Shown here piece after piece: positions 9,227 to 18,945 of a DNA stretch of 64,000 nucleotides. The stretch's first letter is position 1. Every line of letters starts with the position of its first letter. Under the pieces are notes generated by a model. It did not search any database. It worked only from the letters and a program-made list of their open reading frames with translations, and was not told the origin of the DNA. Origin of the DNA: Parcubacteria group bacterium GW2011_GWA2_43_11 (GTDB lineage: Bacteria > Patescibacteriota > Minisyncoccia > Phycocordibacterales > UBA12088); the NCBI GenBank assembly GCA_000998805.1, contig LCFC01000004.1:2446-66445 (forward strand), given 5' to 3'. The position numbers were made by a program, and so were the translations under genes.

Positions 9227-10141
9227 ATGAATCAAAAAACTAGTACAGAGTCTGTTCGTTTTGCGCCACTAGCACTAGCACTAGCACTAGCGCTAGCGCT
9301 GCTAGCCTTACTCGGGCTTGTGGCAATTTCTGCACATGCTGAGGTAGATAAAGCTGATGACGCGGGGAGTGCTCAGAAAAAAACGCAACTTGATGATGCA
9401 CGACAAGAGCGGAACATTTTTAGTGAAGTGGATACTAATGAGTCCGAGGAAGTTATGGTTTTGGACGATGTTTCTGATGATTTCCAAAATATGGAGAAAC
9501 GTGAGGAGAAGCAGGTGCTACTCGAAGAACAAAAAACAGCGTTTGCAGAAGACAGGGCAAAACGACTAGATGCGTACAGATCATTTCTTGAGAAAAAGAG
9601 AAATTCGATTACAGTGCGTGCTAAGGAACACCAAGAAGAAAGAAGGTTGAAACAAACTACCTACAGAGCTGCGTTGAGCCTCTCTGCCCAAGTGCGACTC
9701 GGGCAATATGCGGAGCGTATCGTGATACGTATGGACGCTGCGCTTGTTCGACTTGAGCAAATTGCGGAGCGTATTGCAACACGTATTGAAAAAACTGAAG
9801 AAAAAGGAGTAGACCTCACTGATGCAAAAGTGGAGCTTGCTAATGTGCGGATACTTTTAGAAGATGCGCATGAGTACGTGTCTCTCATTGGAGAAGTATC
9901 AACCGAAACACTTACCTCAGAAACACCAAAACAACAAATGCAGGATATCCGTGATGCAGTAGAGCTTGCAAAAGACTGCATTAACTCTATACGGGGAGCT
10001 CTTACCGAGACTGTCAAGCTTATACGTGCAGGAATAGAAAAAGAAACAAGAACTGAAGAAGAAGTGAAAGTGGAGGGTATTGAAGATGACTTGACCACCG
10101 CAACTTCAACTGAGACGGAGACAACAAGTGACACTCAGTAA
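9227..10141 (+). CDS. Exported coiled-coil hypothetical protein
   Basis: Signal peptide ending AHA; long Glu/Arg/Lys-rich helical body. Confidence 0.75.
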   Translation: MNQKTSTESVRFAPLALALALALALLALLGLVAISAHAEVDKADDAGSAQKKTQLDDARQERNIFSEVDTNESEEVMVLDDVSDDFQNMEKREEKQVLLEEQKTAFAEDRAKRLDAYRSFLEKKRNSITVRAKEHQEERRLKQTTYRAALSLSAQVRLGQYAERIVIRMDAALVRLEQIAERIATRIEKTEEKGVDLTDAKVELANVRILLEDAHEYVSLIGEVSTETLTSETPKQQMQDIRDAVELAKDCINSIRGALTETVKLIRAGIEKETRTEEEVKVEGIEDDLTTATSTETETTSDTQ

Positions 10142-10167
10142 TTATTACACTAAGAAACACCAACCTT

Positions 10168-10527
10168 ATGAACGAAGAAAACAATCAGAACTTGCAACAA
10201 ACTCAACAAGGAGGAGTGGAAGGTATGCCAAGTGTGGGAGATTACACAGATCCTGAGGCATCAAAAAACACGATTATCGTTGCAGTATTGGCAATTATTG
10301 TAGTAGTACTGGCGCTTATGTATATATGGGGTTCAAATAAAGAGATGCGGATAGAAGAATTGCCACCTCTTCCACCTGATGAACAGACTGAGCAACTTAA
10401 ACAGGTAAGTACATCAGACGAGCTTGACGTTATAGAGCTAGATTTATTGAACACAGAGCCTGACACACTTGATACGGGCCTTTCAGACATGGAGACAGAG
10501 CTAGACAATGAGTTAAACAAAAGTTAA
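10168..10527 (+). CDS. Single-TM acidic hypothetical protein
   Basis: One hydrophobic segment and an acidic C-terminus; followed by hairpin 10554-10579. Confidence 0.7.
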   Translation: MNEENNQNLQQTQQGGVEGMPSVGDYTDPEASKNTIIVAVLAIIVVVLALMYIWGSNKEMRIEELPPLPPDEQTEQLKQVSTSDELDVIELDLLNTEPDTLDTGLSDMETELDNELNKS

Positions 10528-10681
10528 AAGTTAAATGTTGAAAGTTAAAAGTTCACAAACCAGCGTACGCTGGTTTGTGTTTTCAAGTTCATAGCAAACC
10601 CGCACACCTTATAAAGTGTATGAGCAAATATAAGGTGTATGGGCAAACTTTTAACTTTATAACTTCGTACTTTAAACTTTT
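10520..10681. repeat. Inverted heptamer arrays enclosing a terminator and a REP-like hairpin
   Basis: AAAGTTA AAAGTTA AATGTTG AAAGTTA AAAGTTC at 10520-10554; complementary AACTTT-type array at about 10646-10681. Confidence 0.7.
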
Positions 10682-10818
10682 ATGTTGCGTTTCGCGCAAT
10701 ATCACGTTATGCTCGTAGCGTTGCAGATACTATTCAGCGTACGTGACTAGCTCACGGTACTGTCTAGTAGTTACTAAATAACTGTGCTATGACAGCACAC
10801 GGTCGCATAGACAATAAT

Positions 10819-11994
10819 ATGAACGAAACAACACAAAAACCCTCCTCCGCCAACCAGTCTATCGACGAGGTAGGAGCTATGGCGGGCAAGGAAAAATCAT
10901 ACCAAGGACTAAAGATTGAGACCTTGCCGGGTTCCGAAATAGAGATTTCTGGTGAAGTACCTGTCTCAATAGTGGAGTCCTATCGCAAAAAAGCCATACA
11001 AAAACTTATTAAAAATATCGAACTTCCAGGGTTTCGCAAAGGTCATGTACCAGAAGACGTTGCACTAAAACATGTCGGGGAGCTCGAGCTTCTACAAGAA
11101 ATTGCTGAGCAAGCTCTCGGAAAGACGTATGCAGATATTGTTGCAGATAAGGCGCTTGAAGTAGTTGGACGTCCTGCCGTAACGATTACAAAACTTGCCC
11201 CAGGAAATCCCATTGGCTTTAAAATCAAAAGTGCAGTCTATCCATTTATTGAGTTACCTGACTACAAGAAGATAGCCGCAGAGGAAGGAAAAAAACTTGA
11301 AGATCCAGAAAAGGTAACGATAGAGGATGTTGAAATAGAAGCAGAGCTTACACGTATACGGCTTGCTATGAATCCCCCTGCCAAAGATGGGGAAGATGGA
11401 GAAAAAAAGGTAGACATGCTTCCTATTGATGATGTATTTGCAAAAACAGTTGGTGATTTTAAGGATTTGGCAGATCTTAAAGCAAAAATGAAGGAGCAGA
11501 TGTTGAGAGATAAAAAAAATAAGGAGTATGACAAACGTAGACTTACTATTGCAGATGCAGTGATTGCGAAGAGTAAGGTTGAAGTTCCTACAATTTTTAT
11601 CGAAGGAGAGTTAGATCAAATGGTCGCAAGTTTCAGTGACAGAGTGGCTCGTGCTGGTATGGATCTTGCAGGGTACCTTACACAAGTCGGAAAGACGATT
11701 GAAGATTTACGAAAGGAGTGGCGTGTGGATGCGGAGAAGAGGGCAAAATTGCAGCTTATTTTCAACCAAATTGCTTTAAAAGAAATGATTGTTCCAGATG
11801 AGAAAAAGCTTACTCGAGAAATAGCCCACATCAAAGAGCACTATCCTGATGTAGACGAGAGCGCAGTGCGTACCTATGTGAGCGCTCAAATAACTAATGA
11901 AATGGTGTTTGAACTTCTCGATGGAGGTAGAAAGCCGAGCAAGCCTGTAGAGGACGCGCATGTGCATGATGAAAACTGTAGTCACGAGCACTAA
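10819..11994 (+). CDS. tig: Trigger factor (PPIase domain absent or reduced)
   Basis: LPGFRKGHVP ribosome-binding motif; C-terminal chaperone domain; His-rich tail HVHDENCSHEH. Confidence 0.9.
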   Translation: MNETTQKPSSANQSIDEVGAMAGKEKSYQGLKIETLPGSEIEISGEVPVSIVESYRKKAIQKLIKNIELPGFRKGHVPEDVALKHVGELELLQEIAEQALGKTYADIVADKALEVVGRPAVTITKLAPGNPIGFKIKSAVYPFIELPDYKKIAAEEGKKLEDPEKVTIEDVEIEAELTRIRLAMNPPAKDGEDGEKKVDMLPIDDVFAKTVGDFKDLADLKAKMKEQMLRDKKNKEYDKRRLTIADAVIAKSKVEVPTIFIEGELDQMVASFSDRVARAGMDLAGYLTQVGKTIEDLRKEWRVDAEKRAKLQLIFNQIALKEMIVPDEKKLTREIAHIKEHYPDVDESAVRTYVSAQITNEMVFELLDGGRKPSKPVEDAHVHDENCSHEH

Positions 11995-12160
11995 CATAAT
12001 CACTCCGTAAGATAGAAAAATACGGCTGTAAAAAGCCGTATTTTTGGTACACCTATTGACACTACCCATAAATAGGTGTTTTCTAACAAGTAGAGATACC
12101 AATTGGGCCTTTACGTAGAAATCAAAAAAAGTGAACCATGCACAACAAAAGGAGGAAATC

Positions 12161-12433
12161 ATGTTTAGAAAATTGTTCTGTTCACTCATTTTGGTCGTGG
12201 TGTTGCTGGGTGTATTTTCTCAGTCTGTATTTGCTGTATCTGCTGAAAGATACGAAATAATAACGTTCAGAAAGTGTGAGTTCCAAAGTCCTTTCAATAA
12301 CGAAGAAGAAGTGAAGACGGAAGCTAAACAGTGGCTGAATTCAGCTACTCACATCAGAAAAGTTATAAGCCACTCTCTTTCTTTTAGGGGTTCCTGTGCC
12401 ATAATTACAATCTTGGTGATTGAAAAAAAATGA
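12161..12433 (+). CDS. Small exported orphan protein
   Basis: Strong SD AAGGAGG; signal peptide ending VFA; terminator at about 12467-12501. Confidence 0.7.
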   Translation: MFRKLFCSLILVVVLLGVFSQSVFAVSAERYEIITFRKCEFQSPFNNEEEVKTEAKQWLNSATHIRKVISHSLSFRGSCAIITILVIEKK

Positions 12434-12572
12434 TGCCTCGGCATCCTGTACGCTCCTTTGTTCTCTAAAGCCCCGCATCGTTTCTTGATGCGGGACTTTT
12501 GTTATATATAAAAAGTCATTCATCATGAAGAAGGTTCAACCTTCTTCATGACAAACACAAGGGAGGTGATGT

Positions 12573-12733
12573 GCCCTAACCCATGTGGGGTTTAGGGCAA
12601 AGCCCTACACCGTGCAAGATTAGGGCAAAAGCCCTTCACCATGTAAGGTGCAGGGCTTGCCCGCACACTAACATTTGTCCCTGCACTGCGGTGCGTGCCC
12701 TGAGGCACAGGGACAAAGTAAGTGTGCGGGCTT
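12573..12733. repeat. Tandem REP-like hairpin array
   Basis: Three GCCCT..AGGGC hairpins plus a long GCCCGCACAC...GTGTGCGGGC hairpin; related units at about 10599 and 27755. Confidence 0.65.
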
Positions 12734-12760
12734 GCATTCCATAGCCGAGCGTAGTACAGT
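12732..12760 (+). promoter_or_regulatory. Putative rpsL promoter
   Basis: TTGCAT-17 nt-TACAGT. Confidence 0.5.
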
Positions 12761-12827
12761 ACTCCCACTGTGCCTTGAAACAGTGTAGGTTTTTGATTGC
12801 CTACAGTGCGAAAGGTAAGACAGACAC

Positions 12828-13241
12828 ATGCCAACAATAAACCAACTGATAAAGAAACCTAGGAAAGACCGACCTACAAAGTCGAAAGTTCCTGCTTTAA
12901 GCAAAGGTTTCAATACACTCAAAAACAAACCGACCTACTACCCGGCTCCATTTAAGCGTGGTGTTTGCGTAAAGGTGGCTACCAAAACTCCTCGAAAACC
13001 TAACTCTGCTATACGAAAATATGCTCGTGTCCGACTTACCAATGGTGAAGAAATTACTGCATACATCCCTGGAATGGGACACAACCTCCAAGAGCACTCT
13101 GTGGTACTTGTGCGTGGTGGACGTGTAAAAGACGTTAACATTCGATACACCATCGTTCGTGGTAAGCTTGACGCCTCAGGTGTAGATAAGCGCACACAGG
13201 GACGTTCACGATATGGTACGAAGAAACCTAAGGCTAAATAA
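12828..13241 (+). CDS. rpsL: 30S ribosomal protein S12
   Basis: [37 protein letters not shown]. Confidence 0.98.
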   Translation: MPTINQLIKKPRKDRPTKSKVPALSKGFNTLKNKPTYYPAPFKRGVCVKVATKTPRKPNSAIRKYARVRLTNGEEITAYIPGMGHNLQEHSVVLVRGGRVKDVNIRYTIVRGKLDASGVDKRTQGRSRYGTKKPKAK

Positions 13242-13252
13242 ACGTATTTACT

Positions 13253-13723
13253 ATGCGAAGACCAATAAAAAAGAAACCCCGTATTTCACCTGACAGTCGT
13301 TACAACAGCGAACGCCTTGAGAAGTTCATTAACAATGTGATGTTTGATGGCAAAAAGGAAACAGCCCGTAAGGTTATCTATGAGGCTCTTGATGAAATAA
13401 AGAAAAAAGTCGAAGGAAAAGAACCGCTTGAGGTATTTGAGGAAGCGCTACGAAACGTAGGACCTTCAGTAGAGGTGCGTTCTCGTCGAGTAGGTGGTGC
13501 AAACTACCAAGTTCCTCGTGAGGTTCGACCTGAACGTCGTCAAGCTCTTGCAATGCGTTGGATTATCAATGCTGCTCGAGCAAAATCTGGTGGACCTGCA
13601 TCTAAATTTTATGCAGACGAGCTTATAGCTGCTGCAAACAACGAAGGAACTGCTTTCAAGAAAAAAGAAGATACTCATCGAATGGCTGAGGCGAACAGGG
13701 CTTTCGCGCACTTTGCTTGGTAA
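13253..13723 (+). CDS. rpsG: 30S ribosomal protein S7
   Basis: [28 protein letters not shown]. Confidence 0.98.
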   Translation: MRRPIKKKPRISPDSRYNSERLEKFINNVMFDGKKETARKVIYEALDEIKKKVEGKEPLEVFEEALRNVGPSVEVRSRRVGGANYQVPREVRPERRQALAMRWIINAARAKSGGPASKFYADELIAAANNEGTAFKKKEDTHRMAEANRAFAHFAW

Positions 13724-13726
13724 TAG

Positions 13727-13850
13727 TAGGACTTACGGAAACGGCGCACTTCTTCGTTGTCCTACGCAAAAGGTCACTTGTAGTATTGCTCATACAACTC
13801 GTTCCATTTTGCTTGGACGCCTTGAACTTTATTCGTTTGCGTAAGTCCTA
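13727..13850. mobile_element. MITE family A copy (124 bp) between rpsG and fusA
   Basis: TIRs TAGGACTTACGGAAACG ... CGTTTGCGTAAGTCCTA. Confidence 0.85.
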
Positions 13851-13923
13851 AACAACACAAATCCTGCTAGGGCTTTTTTTTACTCGTATTAAACTACTTC
13901 AAACAATTCGCCGTCTTTCTTTC

Positions 13924-14006
13924 GAACTAGGAACTGTGAACTAGGAACAGGGAACATTTACGTCACTCGGTAACTCGCGACTCAGAACTCGGTAACTCGC
14001 TACTCA
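13924..14006. repeat. Heptamer-period short tandem repeats
   Basis: GAACTAG GAACTGT GAACTAG GAACAGG, then ACTCGGT AACTCGC GACTCAG AACTCGG TAACTCGC. Confidence 0.65.
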
Positions 14007-14014
14007 TCTCCCGT

Positions 14015-14043
14015 TTGCGATTTCCCCAAATCTTATGTATAGT
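14015..14043 (+). promoter_or_regulatory. Dedicated fusA promoter
   Basis: TTGCGA-17 nt-TATAGT. Confidence 0.55.
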
Positions 14044-14172
14044 AATGCCACTTATAGCGACGCGCACTTTGCCTGTAATTCCAGAGCGTAGCGAATGAGA
14101 TTACAGTTGCAAGTGCGGTGATGCCCCCTGCAGGTACTGCGCGTTTTTTATTCATTAGTATCCTTTAACAGC

Positions 14173-16323
14173 ATGAACAGAGACTATCCACTAGAGCAAG
14201 TACGAAATTTTGGTATCATCGCCCATATTGATGCCGGCAAAACAACCACGTCTGAACGTGTCCTTTTCTACACGGGCATGAGTCACAAAATAGGTGAGGT
14301 GCATGACGGAGGTACAGTGACCGACTGGATGGAGCAGGAGCGCGAGCGTGGTATCACGATTACCTCAGCGGCTATTACTTGCTTCTGGACAAAAATAGGA
14401 GAGGATACTACTGATACAAAGAACAAGACCCGTTTCAATATTATTGACACCCCTGGACACATTGACTTTACCGCTGAGGTGCAACGGTCTATGCGTGTCC
14501 TCGATGGTGCAGTTGTTGTGTTTGATGGTGTTGCAGGAGTTGAGCCTCAGTCTGAGACAAACTGGCGTTATGCAGATGATGCAAACGTGCCCCGCATATG
14601 CTTCATCAACAAACTTGATCGCACAGGAGCATCATTTGAACGAAGCTATCAATCAATTTTGAGCCGACTCTCGAAAAAAGCTATCCGTATGCAAATACCA
14701 ATCGGTGAGGAAGATGCTCATGAGGGTGCTATTGATCTTTTGACTCGAAAGGCATACCGCTATGCTGGAAATATGGGGATGGAGGTACAGGTAACGGATG
14801 ATGTTCCAGAAAACCTCAAGGCGGACATGGAAGCATACCGAAGCGATCTTATTGAGCGCATTGTTGAAAATGACGATGCTATGATGAATGCATATCTTGA
14901 GGGGAACGAACCATCTTTACCTGAACTCAAAGCATTGCTCCGCAAGGCAGTTATAGGAAACAAAGTGTTTCCTGTGTACTGTGGCTCAGCGCTAAAAAAC
15001 AAAGGTGTTCAGCCAGTGCTTGATGCTGTTGTCGACTACCTACCGAGCCCTATCGACCTTGATGCTGTAAAAGGAATCAATCCAAAAACTGAAGAGACTG
15101 TAGAACGAAAACCTTCAGATGATGAACCGTTCTGCGCACTTGCGTTTAAAATTCAGACAGACCCGTTTGTGGGAGCACTGACCTTCTTCCGTGTGTACTC
15201 CGGTACGCTTGAGGCAGGAAGCTATGTCTACAACACTACCACAAACACCAAAGAGCGTGTTGGTCGTATCGTGCGATTGCAAGCTGACAAACGCGAGGAA
15301 GTAAAGAAAGTATTCGCTGGTGAGATAGCAGCAGCTGTAGGACTTAAAGATACAAAAACAAGCCATACACTCTGTGATGAGAAAGCACCTATCGTACTTG
15401 AGCAAATACATTTCCCTGAGCCAGTCGTATCGGTGCGCATTGAACCTAAGACAAAAGCAGACCAAGAGCGATTAGGTATTGCACTCCACAAACTTGCCGA
15501 TGAAGATCCGACGTTCCGAGTTGCAAGTGACGAAGAAACGAACGAAACCATTATTAGTGGTATGGGTGAGCTTCATCTCGATATTCTTGTTGACCGCATG
15601 AAGCGAGAGTTTAATGTCGATGCTAACATTGGTCGTCCTCAGGTAGCATATCGTGAGACCATCCAGAGAGCGTCCGAAGCTGAATGTAAATATATCAAGC
15701 AAACTGGAGGTCGTGGACAGTACGGACATGTGAAGATTCGTATCAAGCCACTTGAAGCGCTTGCAGAGGGAGCAAAAATTCCAAAGAACGTGTATCGAGA
15801 GGATCACTTTGAATTCATTAACAGTATCAAGGGAGGAGTTATTCCTGCTGAATTTATCGCTCCAGTACAAAAGGGTATTAGAGAAGCAATGGATAGAGGA
15901 GTTGTTGCAGGATTTAAGGTCGTCGACATCTCAGTTGATCTCTACGATGGTTCTTCTCATGATGTGGACTCAAGTGAAATCGCCTTCAAGATTGCAGGCA
16001 GTCAAGCTTTCCAAGATGCTGCGAAGAGGGCAAACGCTGTGCTTCTTGAACCAATTATGAAAGTTGAGGTCGTGATACCTGAGAAATTCATGGGTGATAT
16101 CAATGGACACCTTTCAAGTAAACGTGGACAGATTGAGGGTATGGAATCTCGAGGTGTGGATCTCCAAACTATTCATGCAAAGGTACCGCTTTCAGAAATG
16201 TTTGGCTATACGACAACACTCCGCTCTATGACCGAAGGTCGTGGACAAATGACAATGGAGTTTGATCACTATGCGGTAGTCCCACCAAACGTCGCAGAGG
16301 AAATAAAGGCGGCAAGAGGGTAG
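14173..16323 (+). CDS. fusA: Elongation factor G
   Basis: [36 protein letters not shown]. Confidence 0.99.
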   Translation: MNRDYPLEQVRNFGIIAHIDAGKTTTSERVLFYTGMSHKIGEVHDGGTVTDWMEQERERGITITSAAITCFWTKIGEDTTDTKNKTRFNIIDTPGHIDFTAEVQRSMRVLDGAVVVFDGVAGVEPQSETNWRYADDANVPRICFINKLDRTGASFERSYQSILSRLSKKAIRMQIPIGEEDAHEGAIDLLTRKAYRYAGNMGMEVQVTDDVPENLKADMEAYRSDLIERIVENDDAMMNAYLEGNEPSLPELKALLRKAVIGNKVFPVYCGSALKNKGVQPVLDAVVDYLPSPIDLDAVKGINPKTEETVERKPSDDEPFCALAFKIQTDPFVGALTFFRVYSGTLEAGSYVYNTTTNTKERVGRIVRLQADKREEVKKVFAGEIAAAVGLKDTKTSHTLCDEKAPIVLEQIHFPEPVVSVRIEPKTKADQERLGIALHKLADEDPTFRVASDEETNETIISGMGELHLDILVDRMKREFNVDANIGRPQVAYRETIQRASEAECKYIKQTGGRGQYGHVKIRIKPLEALAEGAKIPKNVYREDHFEFINSIKGGVIPAEFIAPVQKGIREAMDRGVVAGFKVVDISVDLYDGSSHDVDSSEIAFKIAGSQAFQDAAKRANAVLLEPIMKVEVVIPEKFMGDINGHLSSKRGQIEGMESRGVDLQTIHAKVPLSEMFGYTTTLRSMTEGRGQMTMEFDHYAVVPPNVAEEIKAARG

Positions 16324-16361
16324 AAATGAGTTGAAAGTTATAAAGTTGAAAGTAACAAAAG

Positions 16362-16396
16362 AAAACATCCTTGGAGATAATCTCCAAGGATGTTTT
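16362..16396. terminator. Bidirectional terminator between fusA and a convergent orphan gene
   Basis: Perfect inverted repeat AAAACATCCTTGGAGA-TAA-TCTCCAAGGATGTTTT. Confidence 0.7.
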
Positions 16397-16412
16397 GGTG
16401 AGGAAAGGAACC

Positions 16413-16793
16413 TCAAAACTCGGCAAGTTTTTTGTTAGCCAGTCGTGCCTCAATGGTGTCTTTCCGCACAAGGTCAACGACAAATTGTGCTTTATTTCTT
16501 GTGTCTACATACTGCAGTAATGTATTAAAAACTTCAATTCTTTCTGGGGTTGTTGGTCGAGACCAGGTGTACAAATCGACTGCTTCTTCAAAAGAAGAAA
16601 TCAACACAAGCTCTTCCTTTACACAATAGTCCCACACAACAATAGCTACTTTTTCACATACAGAATTTGGGGACGATGTAAAATACAAATTTCTTGCCCA
16701 GTGGAGTAAGTCTCTTGACGTACCTTCTGGTATAGTAATTTTCAACTTTTTCAACACATTTTGTAACGTATTGCCCCACAATAGTAGAGTCAT
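16413..16793 (-). CDS. Orphan helical-repeat protein
   Basis: SD GAGGAGGGGAGG; resembles 17610-17996 (similar EEA motif and KK(L/M)AxF end). Confidence 0.65.
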   Translation of the reverse strand: MTLLLWGNTLQNVLKKLKITIPEGTSRDLLHWARNLYFTSSPNSVCEKVAIVVWDYCVKEELVLISSFEEAVDLYTWSRPTTPERIEVFNTLLQYVDTRNKAQFVVDLVRKDTIEARLANKKLAEF

Positions 16794-16974
16794 CCTCCCC
16801 CTCCTCGTTAAAAGTGATATAGATACAGTTCTTCTTTATGTAGCGTACAAGCAAAGATAAAAATGTCAAAGCACGATTATGTATACCGGTACTGATATTT
16901 TCAGCTATACCTGTATCATGATGTATCCAAATAGGTCACACCCCCAGGATACATTCTGGGGGTGAATTTCGAGA

Positions 16975-17385
16975 CTAATTGGCAACCATAGTTTTCGGCA
17001 TCTCCCACACTACTGTGGCTTCGGGCTTAAAACTGCAAGGGAATTTTTTATTGTCCCACGCAAGATGGCAGGTGGTGGCAGTTGCGTAGACTGTACCGTC
17101 AAGTGCCTTTATAAGCGTGATACTGACAGATTGTCGGTGATCGCCATCAGATTGTGGCGATATAAGTGCAAAGTATTGAATTATATAGAACTTTCCGTAC
17201 TTTGCTTTCTCCTCATCGCTTTGTGCCGTAACGCGTTTTTCTCCGGTGGAAACAGGTTTCCACGTCTTCAGTACCTCAATTGAGGGCATTTGTCTGTCGT
17301 CTACTGCTTGAGCCGGAACAACGAAGCAGAAGAACAACAACATGCTTAAAATTGATGATAGTAAAAAAACACTGAGCTTTTTCAT
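16975..17385 (-). CDS. Exported orphan protein
   Basis: SD AGGAGGAGG; signal peptide MKKLSV...AQA; terminator at about 16939-16966. Confidence 0.75.
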   Translation of the reverse strand: MKKLSVFLLSSILSMLLFFCFVVPAQAVDDRQMPSIEVLKTWKPVSTGEKRVTAQSDEEKAKYGKFYIIQYFALISPQSDGDHRQSVSITLIKALDGTVYATATTCHLAWDNKKFPCSFKPEATVVWEMPKTMVAN

Positions 17386-17609
17386 TGTCCTCCTCCTTTT
17401 TTGAGTGGTTGGTGTGGTGTTAGGGTTGCGTAATCTTCTATATATAGCGTCTCATGCGTACAATATTTGTCAATAGTATTTTGGATACGTCTAAACACAC
17501 ATATACTGCCTTAGTGTTTAGGAAAGTTCGTCAAAATCATTTTTAAAAAAATCTAGCGCCTGAGTCCATCAGGCGCTGGAAAAAAATGGTAAAGACAGAT
17601 GATAATGAT

Positions 17610-17996
17610 CTAGGACCTAAAAAAGTTTGCCATTTTTTTGATCACTATATCTTCGTGACCTGGAACTTTTTTCGCAAAATGGCGTAACTTGTCCGCCTCT
17701 TGAAAATGTGAAAAAAGGCCTAAACAGAGATCTAACAGAGCATCTTTCTCCGCAGAAGGGTTTGGAGCAATCAAGTATCCTTTAAGAGCTTGACTGAATG
17801 TCTCTGTAAAACTACATAAACATTCAAATGCAGACTTTCTGCCCATGATTGACTCCCCATTTCGTCGAATTGCTTCTACATAAGCCGTGCATGCTTCTTC
17901 GTGGCAAGTAACATAGGCAGCTACCCCCAGAATATCTTTTAGTTTTTTTTCGGGAAGTCCCAGTGCGATACTCATCTCCTTAGTATTTATTCCCAT
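17610..17996 (-). CDS. Orphan helical-repeat protein
   Basis: SD AAGGAGGT before ATG 17996; terminator at about 17554-17580. Confidence 0.65.
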   Translation of the reverse strand: MGINTKEMSIALGLPEKKLKDILGVAAYVTCHEEACTAYVEAIRRNGESIMGRKSAFECLCSFTETFSQALKGYLIAPNPSAEKDALLDLCLGLFSHFQEADKLRHFAKKVPGHEDIVIKKMANFFRS

Positions 17997-18120
17997 TCTG
18001 ATACCTCCTTCTTTCTTACGATTTATAAAAAAAATCTCATTTCCTGCGTGCACTGTACTAAAATATTTCTTTGCTGTCTACTATACTGGTTTTTAGCCAG
18101 TGCTCGCGTATACTTTCTCT

Positions 18121-18348
18121 ATGGAGACGGTTGAAGAACGGATACAGGTGCTTCTTGAAAAGGTCCGCCCGTACATACAGATGCATGGAGGGGATGTTCA
18201 GCTTGTGCGAGTCGAAGATTCCACAGCAGTGGTAAAGGTGTACGGTGCTTGTGTGAATTGTACACTTGCCAGTGTCACGTATAATAAAACTATCGGACCA
18301 CTCATCATTAAAGAGATACCTGAAGTAACTGATGTTGAGTTCGAGTAA
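18121..18348 (+). CDS. NifU C-terminal (Nfu) domain Fe-S carrier protein
   Basis: VRPYIQMHGGDV...GACVNC motif. Confidence 0.9.
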   Translation: METVEERIQVLLEKVRPYIQMHGGDVQLVRVEDSTAVVKVYGACVNCTLASVTYNKTIGPLIIKEIPEVTDVEFE

Positions 18349-18362
18349 AATTATTATTAACT

Positions 18363-18487
18363 TAAGACTTTCGCAAACGGATGCAGTTCTAGGAAAACGA
18401 GCAAAATGGAGTGAGCTGTACAACGTCGTACAGTGAATGACGTTTTGTGAAGTTTGACAACGAAATGCGCCGTTTCCGTAAGTCCAA
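18363..18487. mobile_element. MITE family A copy (125 bp)
   Basis: TAAGACTTTCGCAAACGG ... CCGTTTCCGTAAGTCCAA; interior very similar to 21964-22087. Confidence 0.8.
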
Positions 18488-18502
18488 TAATATAAACAAT
18501 AT

Positions 18503-18763
18503 ATGGCAGATTTACGAGAATACCCACGAACCGCTGAAGGTTCAAATATTAGCAAAGTTGTGGTAGATCGCGACCTTTGCATAGCAGCTGTTTCGTGTAT
18601 AGCAGTTGCAGGCGAGGTGTGGGAGCTTGATGACGAAAACAAAGTGGTCGCAAAAGACGCTAACGCTGCAGATGATGCGACACTCATTGCTTCTGCAGAG
18701 GCATGCCCTACGAAAGCAATACTCCTTTTTGATAACTCTGGAGCACAAATATTTCCAAAGTAA
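18503..18763 (+). CDS. Single-cluster ferredoxin, probably [3Fe-4S]-type
   Basis: VDRDLCIAAVSC...AEACPTKAI; second Cys of CxxCxxC replaced by Ala. Confidence 0.88.
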   Translation: MADLREYPRTAEGSNISKVVVDRDLCIAAVSCIAVAGEVWELDDENKVVAKDANAADDATLIASAEACPTKAILLFDNSGAQIFPK

Positions 18764-18945
18764 CTATATTTAATCTACAAAAGATAAAATTCCCCTCCCT
18801 GTACGGGGAATTTTATGTATAGCAAAGGGATACGTTGTCATATACTGTGTAGTACAGCGTCCTCACTATTTCCACGGCGTATCAAGCAAAGATACTGCAG
18901 TATGAGTTACAATAGAAGAGTACTACTTAGATAAATGTTTTTTTC

